A stretch of 64,000 nucleotides of DNA, from assembly GCA_964016885.1 (NCBI GenBank), contig OZ024740.1, positions 310,248,001 through 310,312,000 of the forward strand. Direction: 5' to 3'. The notes beneath the pieces were generated by a model. That model was not told the origin of the DNA. It saw nothing but the letters and a program-made list of their open reading frames with translations, and made no database searches. The DNA is from Eledone cirrhosa (Eukaryota). Made by a program: the position numbers and the translations under genes. Shown one piece after another: positions 24,283-39,270 of this stretch (positions are counted from its first letter, which is position 1; each line of letters begins with the position of its first letter).

Positions 24283-24810
24283 ATAAATAAATAAATAAAT
24301 AGATAAATAAAAAAATAAATACACACACAAACACAATAACAACAAACACATATAAACACACACTAGTAAAAATAGAATACATTAACCAATACACAGTCAC
24401 CCAATCACGAACACACATCAAACAAAACACTATACACACACGCAAACGCATGCGCAAAGAAGTCAAAATAAAATAAGCAAATAAATAAATATATAAACAG
24501 ACTAAATAAAGATGGCGTAGAAAATACAATGCAACGGGAGGAAACAATAGCACCACTGACGATGTTGCAGATGTGCAACGAAAGAACTTTGATAAACTAT
24601 ATATATGTGTTTGTGACTATATTGTATCTGTATTTTTGACCGTTGGTCAGTCAATGGCAACATTGAGGACCGAATAAATTAGATTACCGATATAAAAGAC
24701 GCAGAAGCGAAAAGTGAAAACCAACCAAAGAGTGAGTGTGTTCTGTTATTAATTCTGGCAATATCACACAAATATGACCCTCCCCATGTATATATATATG
24801 TATGTATATA

Positions 24811-24905
<95 letters not shown>

Positions 24906-24914
24906 GTATATATA

Positions 24915-25419
24915 CAACCTGTCTCGTGGTCGGGTCGTTGGCAACTATACTCGCAACCCCACCAAGGTTTCTTGGTGATGAGGGTGACTTTGGACATCCT
25001 GCAGGACTAAAAACAAAACCTGTCAAAGGGGAAAGGAGCTCTTAAGAGTCAATGGCCATCTAAAATCACCGGGAGAGATGACCCCTTAGCCTTTGTCAAG
25101 GCGGAATTCTAGGAGAAGGAAAACTCTGATATAACACCTGCAACCCTGATGGTATCCAATGATGTTGACTTGTACTTCTGTTTGGTAAATATCATCTTGG
25201 TTAAGAGAGTGGGACTGGCTTTGTGCAGTGCCTTTGTTCACTATAAAAGCTTCACGGCACAGGCATTGCTGTATATCTGGAGATCTCTCTGCACTTGTCA
25301 TCACATGGTACCATCGGCCCAGCACTATGTGTCAATAATTGTCACAGGTATAGTGTTTGTACCAGAGTTTTCAAGTCGCTGGCTAGACTAAAATGTCACA
25401 CTCGTTCAGCGCACGGTAG
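24915..25419 (+). mobile_element. Non-autonomous RTE-derived element (5'UTR-like head joined to a zinc-finger 3' end)
   Basis: CTAGGAGAAGGAAAACTCTGAT motif typical of RTE 5'UTRs; CTRVFKSLARLKCHTRSAH; matches both copies at 56.3-57.2 kb. Confidence 0.7.
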
Positions 25420-25863
25420 AATTAGCGTGGATGTGTACACACACACTTTCACACACACCGAAGCGATGTCCGAGAAAAAACAAAACAAATATAATAAAAC
25501 AAATATAAGAATGTCCCAACACAGCACCCACCCACGCTAATTTCACGGGTTTAATACTGCGTTGATGTGTGTATATATATATGTATATATTTTTCTTTGA
25601 CCTCCAGCCGATGTATGTGGGCGTGGAGTGTGTGTTTACCCACTCACTTTTAACTGTGACTGACTGTATCCCTACATATTTGATTGATGTCCAGCGTCTT
25701 TTGCAGCGAAAGAAATCTGAAAACTTTTATGAGCTCAACTAAAGCTAATAGCAGTCGCCATGTCTCTGACTGACTGGTGTGTCTCCATATGAGGGAATGA
25801 ATTCTGTGAGAGAACATCGTTATTTTTTCTCCCTCATATCAAGAATTTGAAGACAATTCATTT

Positions 25864-25937
25864 TCACCTGATGAGATCAGTGATAATCGATCATGGCTTC
25901 ACAATCGATCTATCTCTTATTGAAACATGTGTCGTGA
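25864..25937 (+). ncRNA. Type-I hammerhead motif in a PLE pLTR remnant (~25600-26230)
   Basis: TCAC-CTGATGA-[long decayed helix II with ATCGAT/ATCGAT]-GAAA-CATGT-GTC-GTGA; GUC triplet. Confidence 0.65.
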
Positions 25938-26249
25938 TTAAATGATTGGAATTTTACCTTGCCTTCGGATTTTCATTTTGATACTTATACTCCGTTTTAC
26001 ATCATCTAGCTGTTCCCTCGAATGGAATTGGAGATATACAAAAGCGTGGAGAACTTAATATGCTTTAATTAGTTTATTTCATGCTAGCTAACTTTGTCTG
26101 TTACAATATAAACACGTTTGTGTTTATCATATATATTAATATATAACTTGTATTTCACTGCTCAGAAATGCCTCTTTCTTTGAGCTGATTAATTGTAAAC
26201 GACTATGAGTTTAATCTCTAAATATAATATATATATAGTATATATATAG

Positions 26250-27560
<1,311 letters not shown>

Positions 27561-27598
27561 TATATATATATGTATATATATATATATATGTATATATA

Positions 27599-27647
<49 letters not shown>

Positions 27648-28713
27648 TTATTTCCTATTTCTTATTATTATTACTGTCGTCGATGGGTCTAATGATGGAA
27701 CAGGAATATCCCTTCGTCGGCAGGTTTTTCTTTCCGGTGTTTCCGATTCATTCGGTCTTTAGAAGACAATGTGGCAGAGTACCGCAGTAGTAAATTTGGC
27801 AGCGATATCACGTGACCTTTCTAAAACAGAGGAAGGTCAATCATCCGAACTTTTGGCAGGTAAATTCAAAGTGTGAACAAAGGAATTTTTCATAGCCCCA
27901 AATAAGCTCTCAAGTAGGTTTAACTATAATCAATTAAATAACTAGCTATACTAGGGAAAAAATAATAATAATAATTGGTATGACTCGAAGTTGCAGCCGC
28001 ACTATACCAATTACCCATTGAACTATTAGAGGCTGTCATGAAAGTACTCAATAATGTGAGAAATTAATAAATTTTCCTCCAGAGTAAATACAAATGTTAA
28101 TAAAATGTGACACCAAGACAAAGGCGACCAAAAGCATGTTGCACAATAATACAACTTTGATATATACAACTTTGATATGTACAAACTTGATATCTATCTA
28201 TCTATCTATCTATATATATATATATATATCAGCGTGTATGTATATATATATATATATATATTGTCAATGTATACCAGAGAGAAATCCGAAAAATTGGTGA
28301 ATTAAAAACGAAATCGTTTGGGATGTTTTTTTTTTCCATATCGAAATTTGTATGCTTCGTTGTCACTCTTAATTTCAACAAAAATAATGTAATTATTGGA
28401 AACTTGTAACCAATGTCGTTATCACCTATTCCATATTCATCACATACGTCGTAATGAACTTTAAAACAGTCACATCTCTGAAGTATTGAAATACAATTCA
28501 TTCGTACTTGATCTTATAACATCTATCTAGCTAAAAGAATGAAACACCAACTATAAGTTATAAAGGAGAGGGTAATTGTTTTTAATATACCTCTTTATCG
28601 TCTAATCTGTATATTGTATCATTTCGTTAAAATTATGTGGTATCAATATGCATCACTTGATAACAATGTGTAATTGGAAAGCTATACGACGACACTTAAT
28701 GTTCTAGAAATGA

Positions 28714-28756
28714 CTGACGACCTTGTGATAAGCAGGCAAAACTCCGGAGTAATGAC
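28714..28756 (+). ncRNA. Decayed hammerhead-like motif
   Basis: CTGACGA-CCTTG..CAGG-CAAAA-CTCCGGAG-TA; GAAA lost, consistent with CpG decay; palindromic helix III. Confidence 0.4.
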
Positions 28757-30650
28757 TCAATATTCAGCCTAAATAAAACAAATTTAGGCTCTACTTTGGT
28801 ATTAAGTACAGTCTTCACTCATTCATGCACTACATATGGATTTTATATATATACATATATATATATATATAAATGCACACACACATACACACACATATTT
28901 GTATATGAATGTGTGTGTGTATATATGTGTTTGTGGGTTTGTATGTGTATGTGTGTGTGTGTGTGTGTTACCATGAAAACTACAATCCACCCCAAGCATT
29001 AGCCTCATAAACACACATCTTCTAGACAACCGATGCAGCTAGACGAAGAAAAGTTTACTCTTCGAATTCACTACCATATATATCTCTTCAGAATATATAT
29101 TTTTCTCTCTTCTATATAACTGGAGCTCTTTCATTTGATGTTTAAATGTATCGTATTGCATTCCGCTCACGTGTTGGGAAATTTAACGATATACGTCCAT
29201 AAATTAGCAGTCCAAAATCATGGGCCGCTTCACTTGACTAGCTGGCTTATTTTTTATCCGTTTTAGGTCTTATTTGTTTTTTCACAGATGAAGAGAAAAT
29301 CGGAGCTTATCCAGCATTCATGTGGCGTTAAAATAATGTACAAGAATACCCATCACAAGATGAAATTCGACCACAGCTGATATATATTTCCATCTACATG
29401 TACTGGAGAAAAGTGAAATCAAATGCATTGCTGAATGATACGACGTGATCTTCAGTTGGCATATTGAAATCACAGCCTTACGATGGTGGCTGCAAGACTG
29501 TGACCACTTGTTCCCTCCTCTCCCCAAGTATATAATTCGCCCCTCGTAGAAAGGTAAAACAGATTAATGTAAATGTTGATTTTTTTTCTTTCTATCAGTG
29601 GAGGTGTTATAAATGTTTATTCCCACTCCTCGTCTGATTCAAACAGGACCATAATCACATATATTTTAGCCAAGGCTATCATATCATTCTGTTGGTGTGA
29701 ATTAAATTTATACGTCCATTTTTAAGATGGCGGGGTATGGTTTGTAGAGAATTTAACCGACACCCTCGTAGAGGCGCCCTCATTCGCCCGAATTGATAAC
29801 TGAGTTTGGTGGTTTGGGTATTAAGTTCCGTCATTCCTCTTTTTATCTGAGGTAAATTCAACTTACTGTCAGTTTTATTCGTCCTTTAATATGCATTAAA
29901 TATATAATAGTAACATTCCTTTCACTACCTAACATATAGCCAATGGGATTTCTAACGGCTATTGATAAACTTTGGCACCATAGCGTTAAGTGAATGGATG
30001 TAAACCACAGGGTACTTCCTTAGATGTTTCATTGCCTATTTATAAATTATGGAATACACAGTTCGAATTAATTCGATGAGCAAAAAATATACAAATACAT
30101 TGCCTACAGTGGATTTATCAGTAAATATCTATCTTCCATTAACATATTCACTGGCTGCCTTTTATGTACTAACATCCCCGAGTGATTCCTCTTGTGCAAA
30201 CATGATTTTATAATTTATACAACACAAAATGTTAACGCTTACACTGCGGTATCCTCTATTGAAAATAGGAATAGCACATTGTGATATCAATCAACTAAAT
30301 TAACGGTTATTCTGATTTAAGGTTAAAGTTAGTTACTTCTCGATGAAATTAAATGATACACGGTCTTCGGCGAAAAGTATTCAGACAAATATATGAAAGG
30401 TTGTTGTTATTCTTGAGTCTTATCGTTTCTGATACGAATGAGTAGATCTATGAGGAACCTTTTTTCCGATCATGACCATCCTGTTGCATTGCTGGATTGT
30501 AAATCGGGAACTAAATTACCTAATGTATGTCATCCTTTTTCGAGCAAGAGTTTTTGATTTGTTGGGGATTTGCTTCTTATCATTTGTATACTGAGCGGGA
30601 CTCTTTCTTTTGTGATGTTCCATTTTACTAGTTGAAAGATCTCTAGCTAG

Positions 30651-30683
<33 letters not shown>

Positions 30684-30723
30684 TAGTAATGATAAATACA
30701 AAGAGTAAAGTTCAGAGAGATAA

Positions 30724-30778
<55 letters not shown>

Positions 30779-30782
<4 letters not shown>

Positions 30783-30908
30783 AAGGAGGTGTGGTAAGGA
30801 ACCAGATAGACCATAACGTACCAGAGTACTCAATACTTAGGGTAGTAGAATGGGTAATAGGAAAATGTTTAACTTGAGCTCTGCCATCGGGGTTAAACAT
30901 TTTCCTAT
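30779..30908 (-). mobile_element. Family H copy C
   Basis: Same terminus; foldback ATAGGAAAATGTTTAAC/GTTAAACATTTTCCTAT. Confidence 0.85.
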
Positions 30909-31101
30909 ATATATATCTGTAGAGAAAATATGTATTGTTAACTTAGATCCAAAGTTTAAGCAAATAGCTTCTGATTTCACTGCTTTCACCATAAAGCAGG
31001 ATCATCTGGAACAGAAAATAATGAATGTGTGGGCGCGAATGGATGCCAATGATTAGTCCATCTTTAGTCCTTACTCCGAAAATATATACCTTACTTATCA
31101 T

Positions 31102-31492
31102 AGTATCGGTAGAGAGTCGGACGCCATGCTTTGCAGTATAGAGCTACGTCACTTTTCGGTTTGAGCTCAAAACCCGCCGAGGTTGACTTTGTGTTTCATC
31201 CTTACGGGGTCGATAAAATAAAGCGCCAGTAATGCTGCCATTGTCCCTAAAGTAGAAACAATTATTTATTATGATTATTAAGGTGGATTGAGAGTAGAGC
31301 AAGAGCATCGGACAACATGTGTTGCTACATATAGTTACGGCCTTTTGTGAGTTCAAATTCAGCGGGGGTTAGCTTCTCATTTTATCCTTACGGGATTGAT
31401 AAAATAAATTGCTCGTAATGCACAGAGGTCGATTTAATTGACTTTCCTCTCCCCCAAATTTGTTGGCCTTGTGTCTAAATGAGGAACCATTG
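31102..31492 (+). mobile_element. Two tandem SINE copies
   Basis: Core and tail motifs. Confidence 0.82.
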
Positions 31493-31739
31493 TAATTATT
31501 ATTTCTTTTTTTTTTCTTTTTTACTATTAATACGTTCAGTATCTTTATGTTTAATCATATTCCTTCTATTAATATAATTTTCCGTATATGGTAGCTGAAA
31601 AACATTCGGCTATTCTAGTATGAAAATTAGTCTCCTGAATTTTCCATAGTAAAATGACGTAATTATATAAAAAGATTTTTAAAGAATAGAGAGAAGCAGG
31701 CGTCTGAACAAATATCCATCAACTCCAACTAAATTACCC

Positions 31740-32200
31740 TCCGCCCCTAGCTCCCACCCGAGAGGGTGGAGAATACATTGCCCCGGGGGACAGCAACGGA
31801 GATGTGCTGGAACAGCGATTTGCCTCGTGAGGCTCGCACCTGCAGGCGGCCAAATCCCCTCCGATTGCAGTGAGTAGGGATGTGGTCAGGTGGCAAAGAA
31901 CGCCGGAGGTCTCCATTGCTACAGGCTATACCACAAACCTATCAGAGAGCGGCCGATACTTGGACAGTTTGCCCTCTTTGGTATAGTGGGCAGCAGAGCC
32001 TGGGCTGGTAGGTGCGCAACAGGTTGCCACTAGAGTAAGTATCACATGATGTGATGTGGCATGAGAAGCCCAGCCTCACGGAACGGGAAAATGATCATGC
32101 CGTGTAGCCTTTTGCCTCTACCCTGGTTCCAGGCCCACTGGTTTAAACGGAAAAGGGAGGCCATGCTTTATGATCGGAGGTAGCCAGCAATATAACAGCA
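31740..32200 (-). mobile_element. CRE-clade non-LTR retrotransposon 3' fragment (restriction-like endonuclease)
   Basis: ..PVAMETSGVL..TSLLTAIGGDLAA.RCEP.E..; homologous to 45720-45900. Confidence 0.7.
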
Positions 32201-34022
32201 AGATCTTCATATGTTCAGCTCATGTAAGAGTTTCTTACTACTATATATATAAAATTGATGAAGTTGATTCGAAAGGGTAAGAGAAATAACCACAATTAAA
32301 GAAGTACTCAATACGTTAGTAGAAAATAAGCCTATTTATTATATGCTGTTTTTATACGAATGAAACACATCTTATTCTGTAGAAGCCATTTCTATATAAT
32401 ATACATACACATTAAGACGTGCGACCCACAGCACGTTAATAAGTGTAAATGAATATATAGCTGTTTGAAAAAAATATATCCCTGAGTGCAATATAGCTTT
32501 TTCACCACACGTTATAGCTTCAATTTCAATACCTCTTCAATCCATTTATTTTGTAAGTTGTTGTGACGTTGAGAGCTTATTGTGATGGTGTGAGTGGTGG
32601 AATTAACCTACAATAAATAACATTCCCTCTTTTGCTATATATCTTCCTTCACACAAACCTTTAAAGATTACATAAAACTAAAGACCCCCATACGAGATCA
32701 ATGGATTGGCCTTTTAGTGGTAACCGACTGGAAGGCAAGCTAAATAGCTTTCATATCATATCGCACCTTCTTAAATATCTATGATACATTAGATAATGTT
32801 TTCGTAATTACTATTTTACATTTACTTTTATAAGAATATTATGAACAGAATATTTAATCTGCTCGGACTTCACTTTTCTTCTTGCATATCATTTATAATA
32901 TGATGACACGGAAACATGGCTTCAATTAGCCTGATTCTTGTTATAGGTGCAGCTCGTATTAGTTTTGATGCTCATGATGTTTAGTCCCAGCTCATGCCAA
33001 CTACAGAAATAATATGTTATTCTAGATGTGATGCTAGATTATCGGGCTACATTATCTAAAGTGTTGTATAATCTTGAGACAGTGGTGCATCATATTAGAC
33101 ATATTCGGCTTGTTGATGTAGGACATTACATAGCAACATATAGTCTACGTCATTTACTTCTAGTTGCCATGAATGTATGAGCTAATTAGATATGTATTAC
33201 ATAGATGTATGGGCAACATTGTTAAACGATTTGAACTCTCAATCAAAGGATAAACCTTTCAATAAATTTCCTATTCCTATATTCACTAGTCTCAACCATA
33301 ACATGCAAAACATACTGGTTTTGTTCACATAGACACAGATATTTGCAGTACGGTTTATATTTCAGAAAACGAACTCTGCAGTATTTATTTCGTTAATTAA
33401 GACATTTATCGGAATATTTTCGCCATGGATATATCTGCTCAAGGACGGCTGATCTGAAGTAAACGACATCAAAAACAAAATACAATTTTACGTTTACCAA
33501 TCCGTGTAATCACATATGATGTCATTGTAAAATACATGAATAAAACGACTTAACTGCATCATCGCACACTATTGTTTGTCAGACTCCACGTCTATGGCAT
33601 TTCATCATACTCATGTTTCATATTAGGATCAGCAAAACTACAATTGTAATAGAAGTAAATTCTCAACTAATTTAATTCTCATTTTTATCCGTTTCAATTT
33701 CAAACCTAAGTTACTATGGAAACTGCCAATGTCAAAGTTTATACAAACATCTATAAATCTAAAGTTTACTACGTCTATTGCTAGTCGAGGAATTACATTT
33801 CTTGGTGGGTGAAGACGTAGCTATCATATTTTATAAAGCATAGTTTGTACAAATATTAAAAGTTGAATATACCAGCAGTTAGTTAGCTGTGAATAAACTT
33901 GATACCTAATTAATCATTCACAACAGTGAAAGTTGAGAATTCAAAAATTAACTAAAAAACACTACAAACACTTACACATTATATGTATCTGGATGCATTT
34001 CTTTGTAATTGAATATTAATAT

Positions 34023-34094
<72 letters not shown>

Positions 34095-34199
34095 GGGAGG
34101 GGGTGTCAGACAGAAAATGATTTGTTACTTGACATCTCAATCTTAATGGAATGGATCAGAGAGAAGCATTTCAAACAGGAAATCTCACCATTGTAGAAG

Positions 34200-34670
34200 T
34201 CTGAAACAATTAAATATTCTCAATATCGTATATAACAATCAGGTTAACCCATTAGCTAACCATAACTGTAAATGAAGACAACTACAAAGATGCCCCTTGT
34301 TGGTAATTGCCTCATATCTAACATTGTACAACAGAGCACTGTTTCTACACCTAGTAATACTAAGGTTTACATCAGTGCAACGTCTGATGATTATAAATCA
34401 TGGTATTACTTTCCCCTCCTCGCTTTTAAAAATGTAAAACTGAGGAATTCTACCTCGCTCACCAGTTACCTATGGATATTGAAAAGCACAAGCATCTCAT
34501 ACTTTCTATTTCGGTCTCTTTTGAAAAGCCACATCATCCTACGTGTCAGTGAGCACAAAATGAAATCTCTGTTGAACCGTGTGTTTCTTAATAACCGAGT
34601 CTAATCTAGGGTTTTTGAATAGGAAGCCTGAAATAGTGTCAACCTGTCTGCATAGTAATTCCTATATTTT
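34200..34670 (+). mobile_element. Decayed PLE GIY-YIG endonuclease fragment (different family)
   Basis: CPLVGNCLISNIVQQSTV..KVYISAT..YKSWY..AF...RNSTSLTSYLWILK. Confidence 0.7.
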
Positions 34671-35759
34671 ACTCTTATAAATGCGACCAACCATACATAA
34701 TTTAATAGAATTTTATAATTAAGTCATGATATTTACATTATCACCCTTTTCCGCCTATAGCCGTAATAAGCAATATATCTATTTCTATATAAGACATTTG
34801 AGCTACATAACATTAATATTAAAATAAACCCATTTAAGATTTGTCTATAACTTTTCGTAGGTCTATGCAGAACTTTTTTACATTTTAATTCGTCAATATC
34901 TTATAGTAACACGTACATTACGATACACATATAGCATAGATCAGCATCGAAGCTTTAGTTAATAAACGTACTTTTGGCTCAAACCTAACTTAATCTAGAA
35001 TACGATTACTAGATTATGATAGGGTTTTCATAAACTACTGATTTTAATATGAAACCGCTTCAAATGACCATGTTTACATTATATCACTGTATTCTCGCAA
35101 TGACACCAACGTTGTATTTTAAAATATTTCTCCCTCTAAAACAAAAACATTATTAAGTAGAAAATGTATTTATTTCTTTTAAATATAAACTATAATATAA
35201 CTTTGCCTTACATGTATGCCTTTTCGCGCGGTTCTTAAAAGAACTAATCGACTAGCTCTCTTTTGCGGATTTGTTGGAAGAATATTTCAATATATTTACT
35301 CTACTGACCATGACATCTTGTTTTTCTTTGGTACTTGCATTCTCCAGATCTTACATAGATGTACTGGTGATATTTTAGTGTTACCTGATTGAGTTACAAT
35401 TCAAATCTCTTTAAGTACAGTATTTCAACATCACCCGCCTCATGAAACACACAGTAGATAGTCATTAATTTGTTTGCTGTTCTATCCAGTTTTTGTTGAT
35501 CGTTTACAGACTATGTACGAATTCCCGCACACTATCTAATGATAGACGCAGCTCGTCACATTCATATGTGATGTAATTTCTTCCTTACTCTCCAGATGTA
35601 TTCATATATCATTATTTCCTTGCCTTTCAATAAAATAAAGTACCAGTAATGCACTGGGTAATTGCTGGCCTTGTGCCTAACGTAGAAACAATTATTTCCT
35701 TCATAAAATAAAGTAACAGTAATGTACTGGGTAATTGCAAAAGGTAGAAACAATTATTT

Positions 35760-36435
35760 CCTTCATGTTATTGTCTTTGGTGTTATCTGCTTCCGAAACA
35801 CCCAAATCCTTTATTAGTCTTCGGTGTCGATCTTTTTATCACCTCACCCGTTGGTATCATGATTCCTTTGCTCTTCTTCAAAATAGCCCTCTTCATTTCT
35901 AGAACTCCACACCTATTAACATCAAATTCCAAATATATATTTCATTGCTGAAAATACAAACACTATTAACAAATACATCCGACTCCTCATTCTTGTCGAA
36001 AGGTTTTAGGACATTCATGAAGAGGAGGTGGTTAATGATAAACTCTCCTATTCCAAGTCCGTATCCTGCCTTGACTCTTCGCAATACGCTGCCAAACAAT
36101 GAAAGTGACAGACTAGCGTCTTGTAAGGAACCACTCTTGATTTTCACTCCATCCAAGGATTCTCCCTCTGATGTTAGCCATGTCTCCCATTTCTTCTAAT
36201 TATTACTTTATACCATTCTGATGTACACCACCTTGGAAATGTCTAGGCAATTGGTTATCCAAGTACGAGGAATCGTGGTGAATCCCTTCCTGTAATCTAT
36301 CCATCCCATGGCAAGACCAATATACTTCCTTTTGCAGTCCCTTATTATCATCTTGTCTATAAATAACTGGTCACTTTACAGCGGGATTTCTTGCGGCATC
36401 CCATCTGCTCCCCAGGCAATAAGTCGTTTGTGTTG
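35760..36435 (-). mobile_element. R4/Dong-like RT fragment, decayed
   Basis: GVKIKSGSLQDASLS..LRRVKAGY..INHLLFMNVLK (cf. HLLFMDDLK); upstream WIDYRK.F motif. Confidence 0.7.
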
Positions 36436-36916
36436 TCATTTAACACAGTAAACAAACCGAATACAAATAATATTATGATATTATTTAGATGTTATTATTC
36501 ACACACGAATACATTTAAGTATCCACCACGTTAAGAGCGAAAATAAATATTGTTTTTGTTTAATTATGGCAAAGCCGGCCGTAACATTGCGCGGCACGCA
36601 AATAAGGCTAATCAGCCGATGTATACACTTGAGAATACTGATTATTCTCAGCAGTTCCAGCGGGTAACAACGGGAGGAATACACAATCTTGACAAAGAGC
36701 AAAACACTCCGAAATAATTGTCAATTGTGGATTGTTTTCTTTCAGCTACCGCTGGAAGAAAAGCATGACGTTGTCATCTAACACAGAGTGTTTATGAGGG
36801 TGTTTACTTATAAACAAACCAAATACTAATAATATTAGGATATTATTATAATATTATTATTATTTACACAAGAATACATTTAGGTATCCACCTCGTAAAA
36901 AGTGAAAACAAATTTT

Positions 36917-36957
<41 letters not shown>

Positions 36958-37051
36958 TATATTCTTTCCATGTTAACATGCTAATCATACTCCCACAGAC
37001 ACATACACACACACATAACTCCCTCCCCATTTCTACTAATAGAATCATCTT

Positions 37052-37090
<39 letters not shown>

Positions 37091-37147
37091 TAAAAATACA
37101 TATCTCTATTTTCTTTATTTCAATAGAAATCTGAATTGTTGATACCG

Positions 37148-37522
37148 CAGCACATCAACCATACTTACTGAACCAGAACAATTCTCCCCATCCCCTTTTT
37201 TCTTGACCATTATCTTTTGTTTCGCACAAAATTCTCTAAATGGCCACAAAAAAAAATCTCAAATACGGGCGCAAAATTTAATGTACTTGTTCGCGCGACA
37301 GTCATAATTTCATTTATAACCAATCAAATTACATTTCAGCACATCAGCCATACTTACTGAACCAGACCAATTCTCCCCATCCTTTTTTTCTTGACCATTA
37401 TCGTTTGTTTGGCACAAAATTCTCTAAATGGCTACAAAAAATTCCCAAATACGGGCGCCATTTTTAATGTACTTGTTCACGTGACAGTCATAATTTCATT
37501 TATAACCAATCAAATTACATTT
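37148..37522. repeat. Tandem duplication of a ~190-bp unit with further decayed subunits to ~37800
   Basis: CAGCACATCA.CCATACTTACTGAACCAGA... repeated at 37148 and 37337. Confidence 0.88.
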
Positions 37523-37945
37523 ATAAAAAAAACCTTCTTAAGCCACTTTTTTTAAGTAAATAAAATTCAAACACAAACTGGCGCGAAAGTTGATGTGCTT
37601 ATTCACGTGGCTGCATCAACCAACCAAATTTCACTCATATTTTTTTTAAAGGCAAATATAATAAGAACTTTGTAACGCGAACTGGCGCGAAATGTATTAT
37701 ACTTATTCACATGACAGTCATCAACCAACCAAATTACTTTTCTAAAAACCCAGCATTTCGAGCCACTTTTTTCCATATAAAACAAAAGTAACATTCGAAC
37801 ACCAACCAGATGCGAGAAAAACCACAAACTCTCCATCTCAATTCTACTTTTGAAAAGCACAAGCACTGCGAAACTGGTAAAGGAACCAATTAAATATTTT
37901 TAAAAAGACTCCAGTTGCATTTTCTATTTCATCTTTTTTCCTTAT

Positions 37946-37979
<34 letters not shown>

Positions 37980-38418
37980 GTATAGTTACAATTTGCTTAC
38001 AAACCCAAAATTAAAAGTTCAAGGCAATCACTGACAACCGTTTCTTCCCATAGTAATATACCACAGGTAGCAAATTGTTTTATTTAACAATTTGCTATCA
38101 ATTACAACAGACTAATAGATGTTATCAGTATTTAATTAGAATACAAATCCTTCAAGAAAAATACCTCATTAAAAAAATATCACATTTAAAAAATCTCAGT
38201 TCAAAAACTATAGTTCTGAAAATATCATAGTTAAAAGGACATGGTGTCAGTTGTATCAAAATTATTAGGAAGAGTAGTAGTTTTCCTTAAATTAATTGGA
38301 ATGTATAGAAATTTATCAAAACAATATTCATAGTTAGCGCGAACAATCCATCGAATTTAACAGTGTTAAAGCTGGAAGATAGTTACTGCAGACCTAGCAT
38401 TATAATATAAACCATATA

Positions 38419-38600
38419 TTGGCAGTATCGGTAGAGGGTCGGACGCTATGCTTTGAATCGTAGAGTTACCTCCCTGTATGATCTGAGTTCAAATCCCGCC
38501 GAGGTTAACTTTGCCTTTCATCCTTACGGGGCCGATAAAATAAAGTACCAGTAATGCACGGGATAAGTGCTGGCCTTGTGCCAAAGGTAGAAACAATTAT
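38419..38600 (+). mobile_element. SINE with TATAAACCATATAT target duplication
   Basis: Full motif set; flanking duplication. Confidence 0.9.
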
Positions 38601-38628
38601 ATTATAAACCATATATATATATACATAG

Positions 38629-38668
<40 letters not shown>

Positions 38669-39083
38669 ATGTTTCAATTGTTACCGAGATGTTATATTCA
38701 CTATACTAATTATTACATAATCGATCATATTTAATGATGAGTGAGAAAAGTATATTAGTATTGAATTAAACAAATATTTACATGTATCAGAATATTATTT
38801 AAAAGTGGGTAATTTAATAAGTTGGATCGGTGTTATATTTACAAAGTCGACTTCTAATTTTTCAGTATCTAAATATTATTGCTAAGTACTTATATTTGAA
38901 TTAATATATGTTAAACGTTTACACTTATCTAAAGGATATTTTATATATGGCAAAGCGATATAAATGTGTGAGGTATTTAAGAATATTAATACTGAATGTA
39001 TTTAAGAAAATTATAATGAAATATAATCTATTTAGTTCAGACCTAAACAGGGTAAGATAATTTATTATTTGGAATAAATTAAT

Positions 39084-39270
39084 TGTTTCTATTTTAAGCA
39101 CAAGGCCAGCAATTACTCAGACCATTACTGGTACTTTATTTTATCGACCCCGTAAGGATGAAAGGCAAAGTTAACCTCGGCGGGATTTGAACTCAGATCA
39201 TAAAGGGACGTAACTATATGCTTCAAAGCATGGTGTCCGACTCTCTACCGATACTGCCAATCCACCGCCC
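39084..39270 (-). mobile_element. SINE with 20-bp TSD ATTATTTGGAATAAATTAAT
   Basis: TSD at 39064-39083 and 39271-39290. Confidence 0.93.

Larger units (their letters stand above)
19308..24787 (+). mobile_element. Penelope-like retroelement (Neptune-type) in partial tandem: upstream 3' fragment plus pLTR (19308-20580), then full copy (20567-24787)
   Basis: ~1.27-kb direct repeat 19308-20580 / 23492-24787; RT and C-terminal GIY-YIG; 3' end abuts (TA)n. Confidence 0.93.

Noticed and set aside
19308-24787. LTR retrotransposon suggested by 1.27-kb direct repeats
   Set aside because: Repeats include coding sequence; no TG..CA ends, PBS, protease or integrase; RT plus GIY-YIG indicates a PLE
29289-29553. 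Plus-strand exon bounded by ttttcacag and aag|gtaaa
   Set aside because: Stops in all three frames; a non-coding exon cannot be shown without RNA data
37148-37522. CRISPR-like array
   Set aside because: Long tandem units without unique spacers, eukaryotic context, no cas genes
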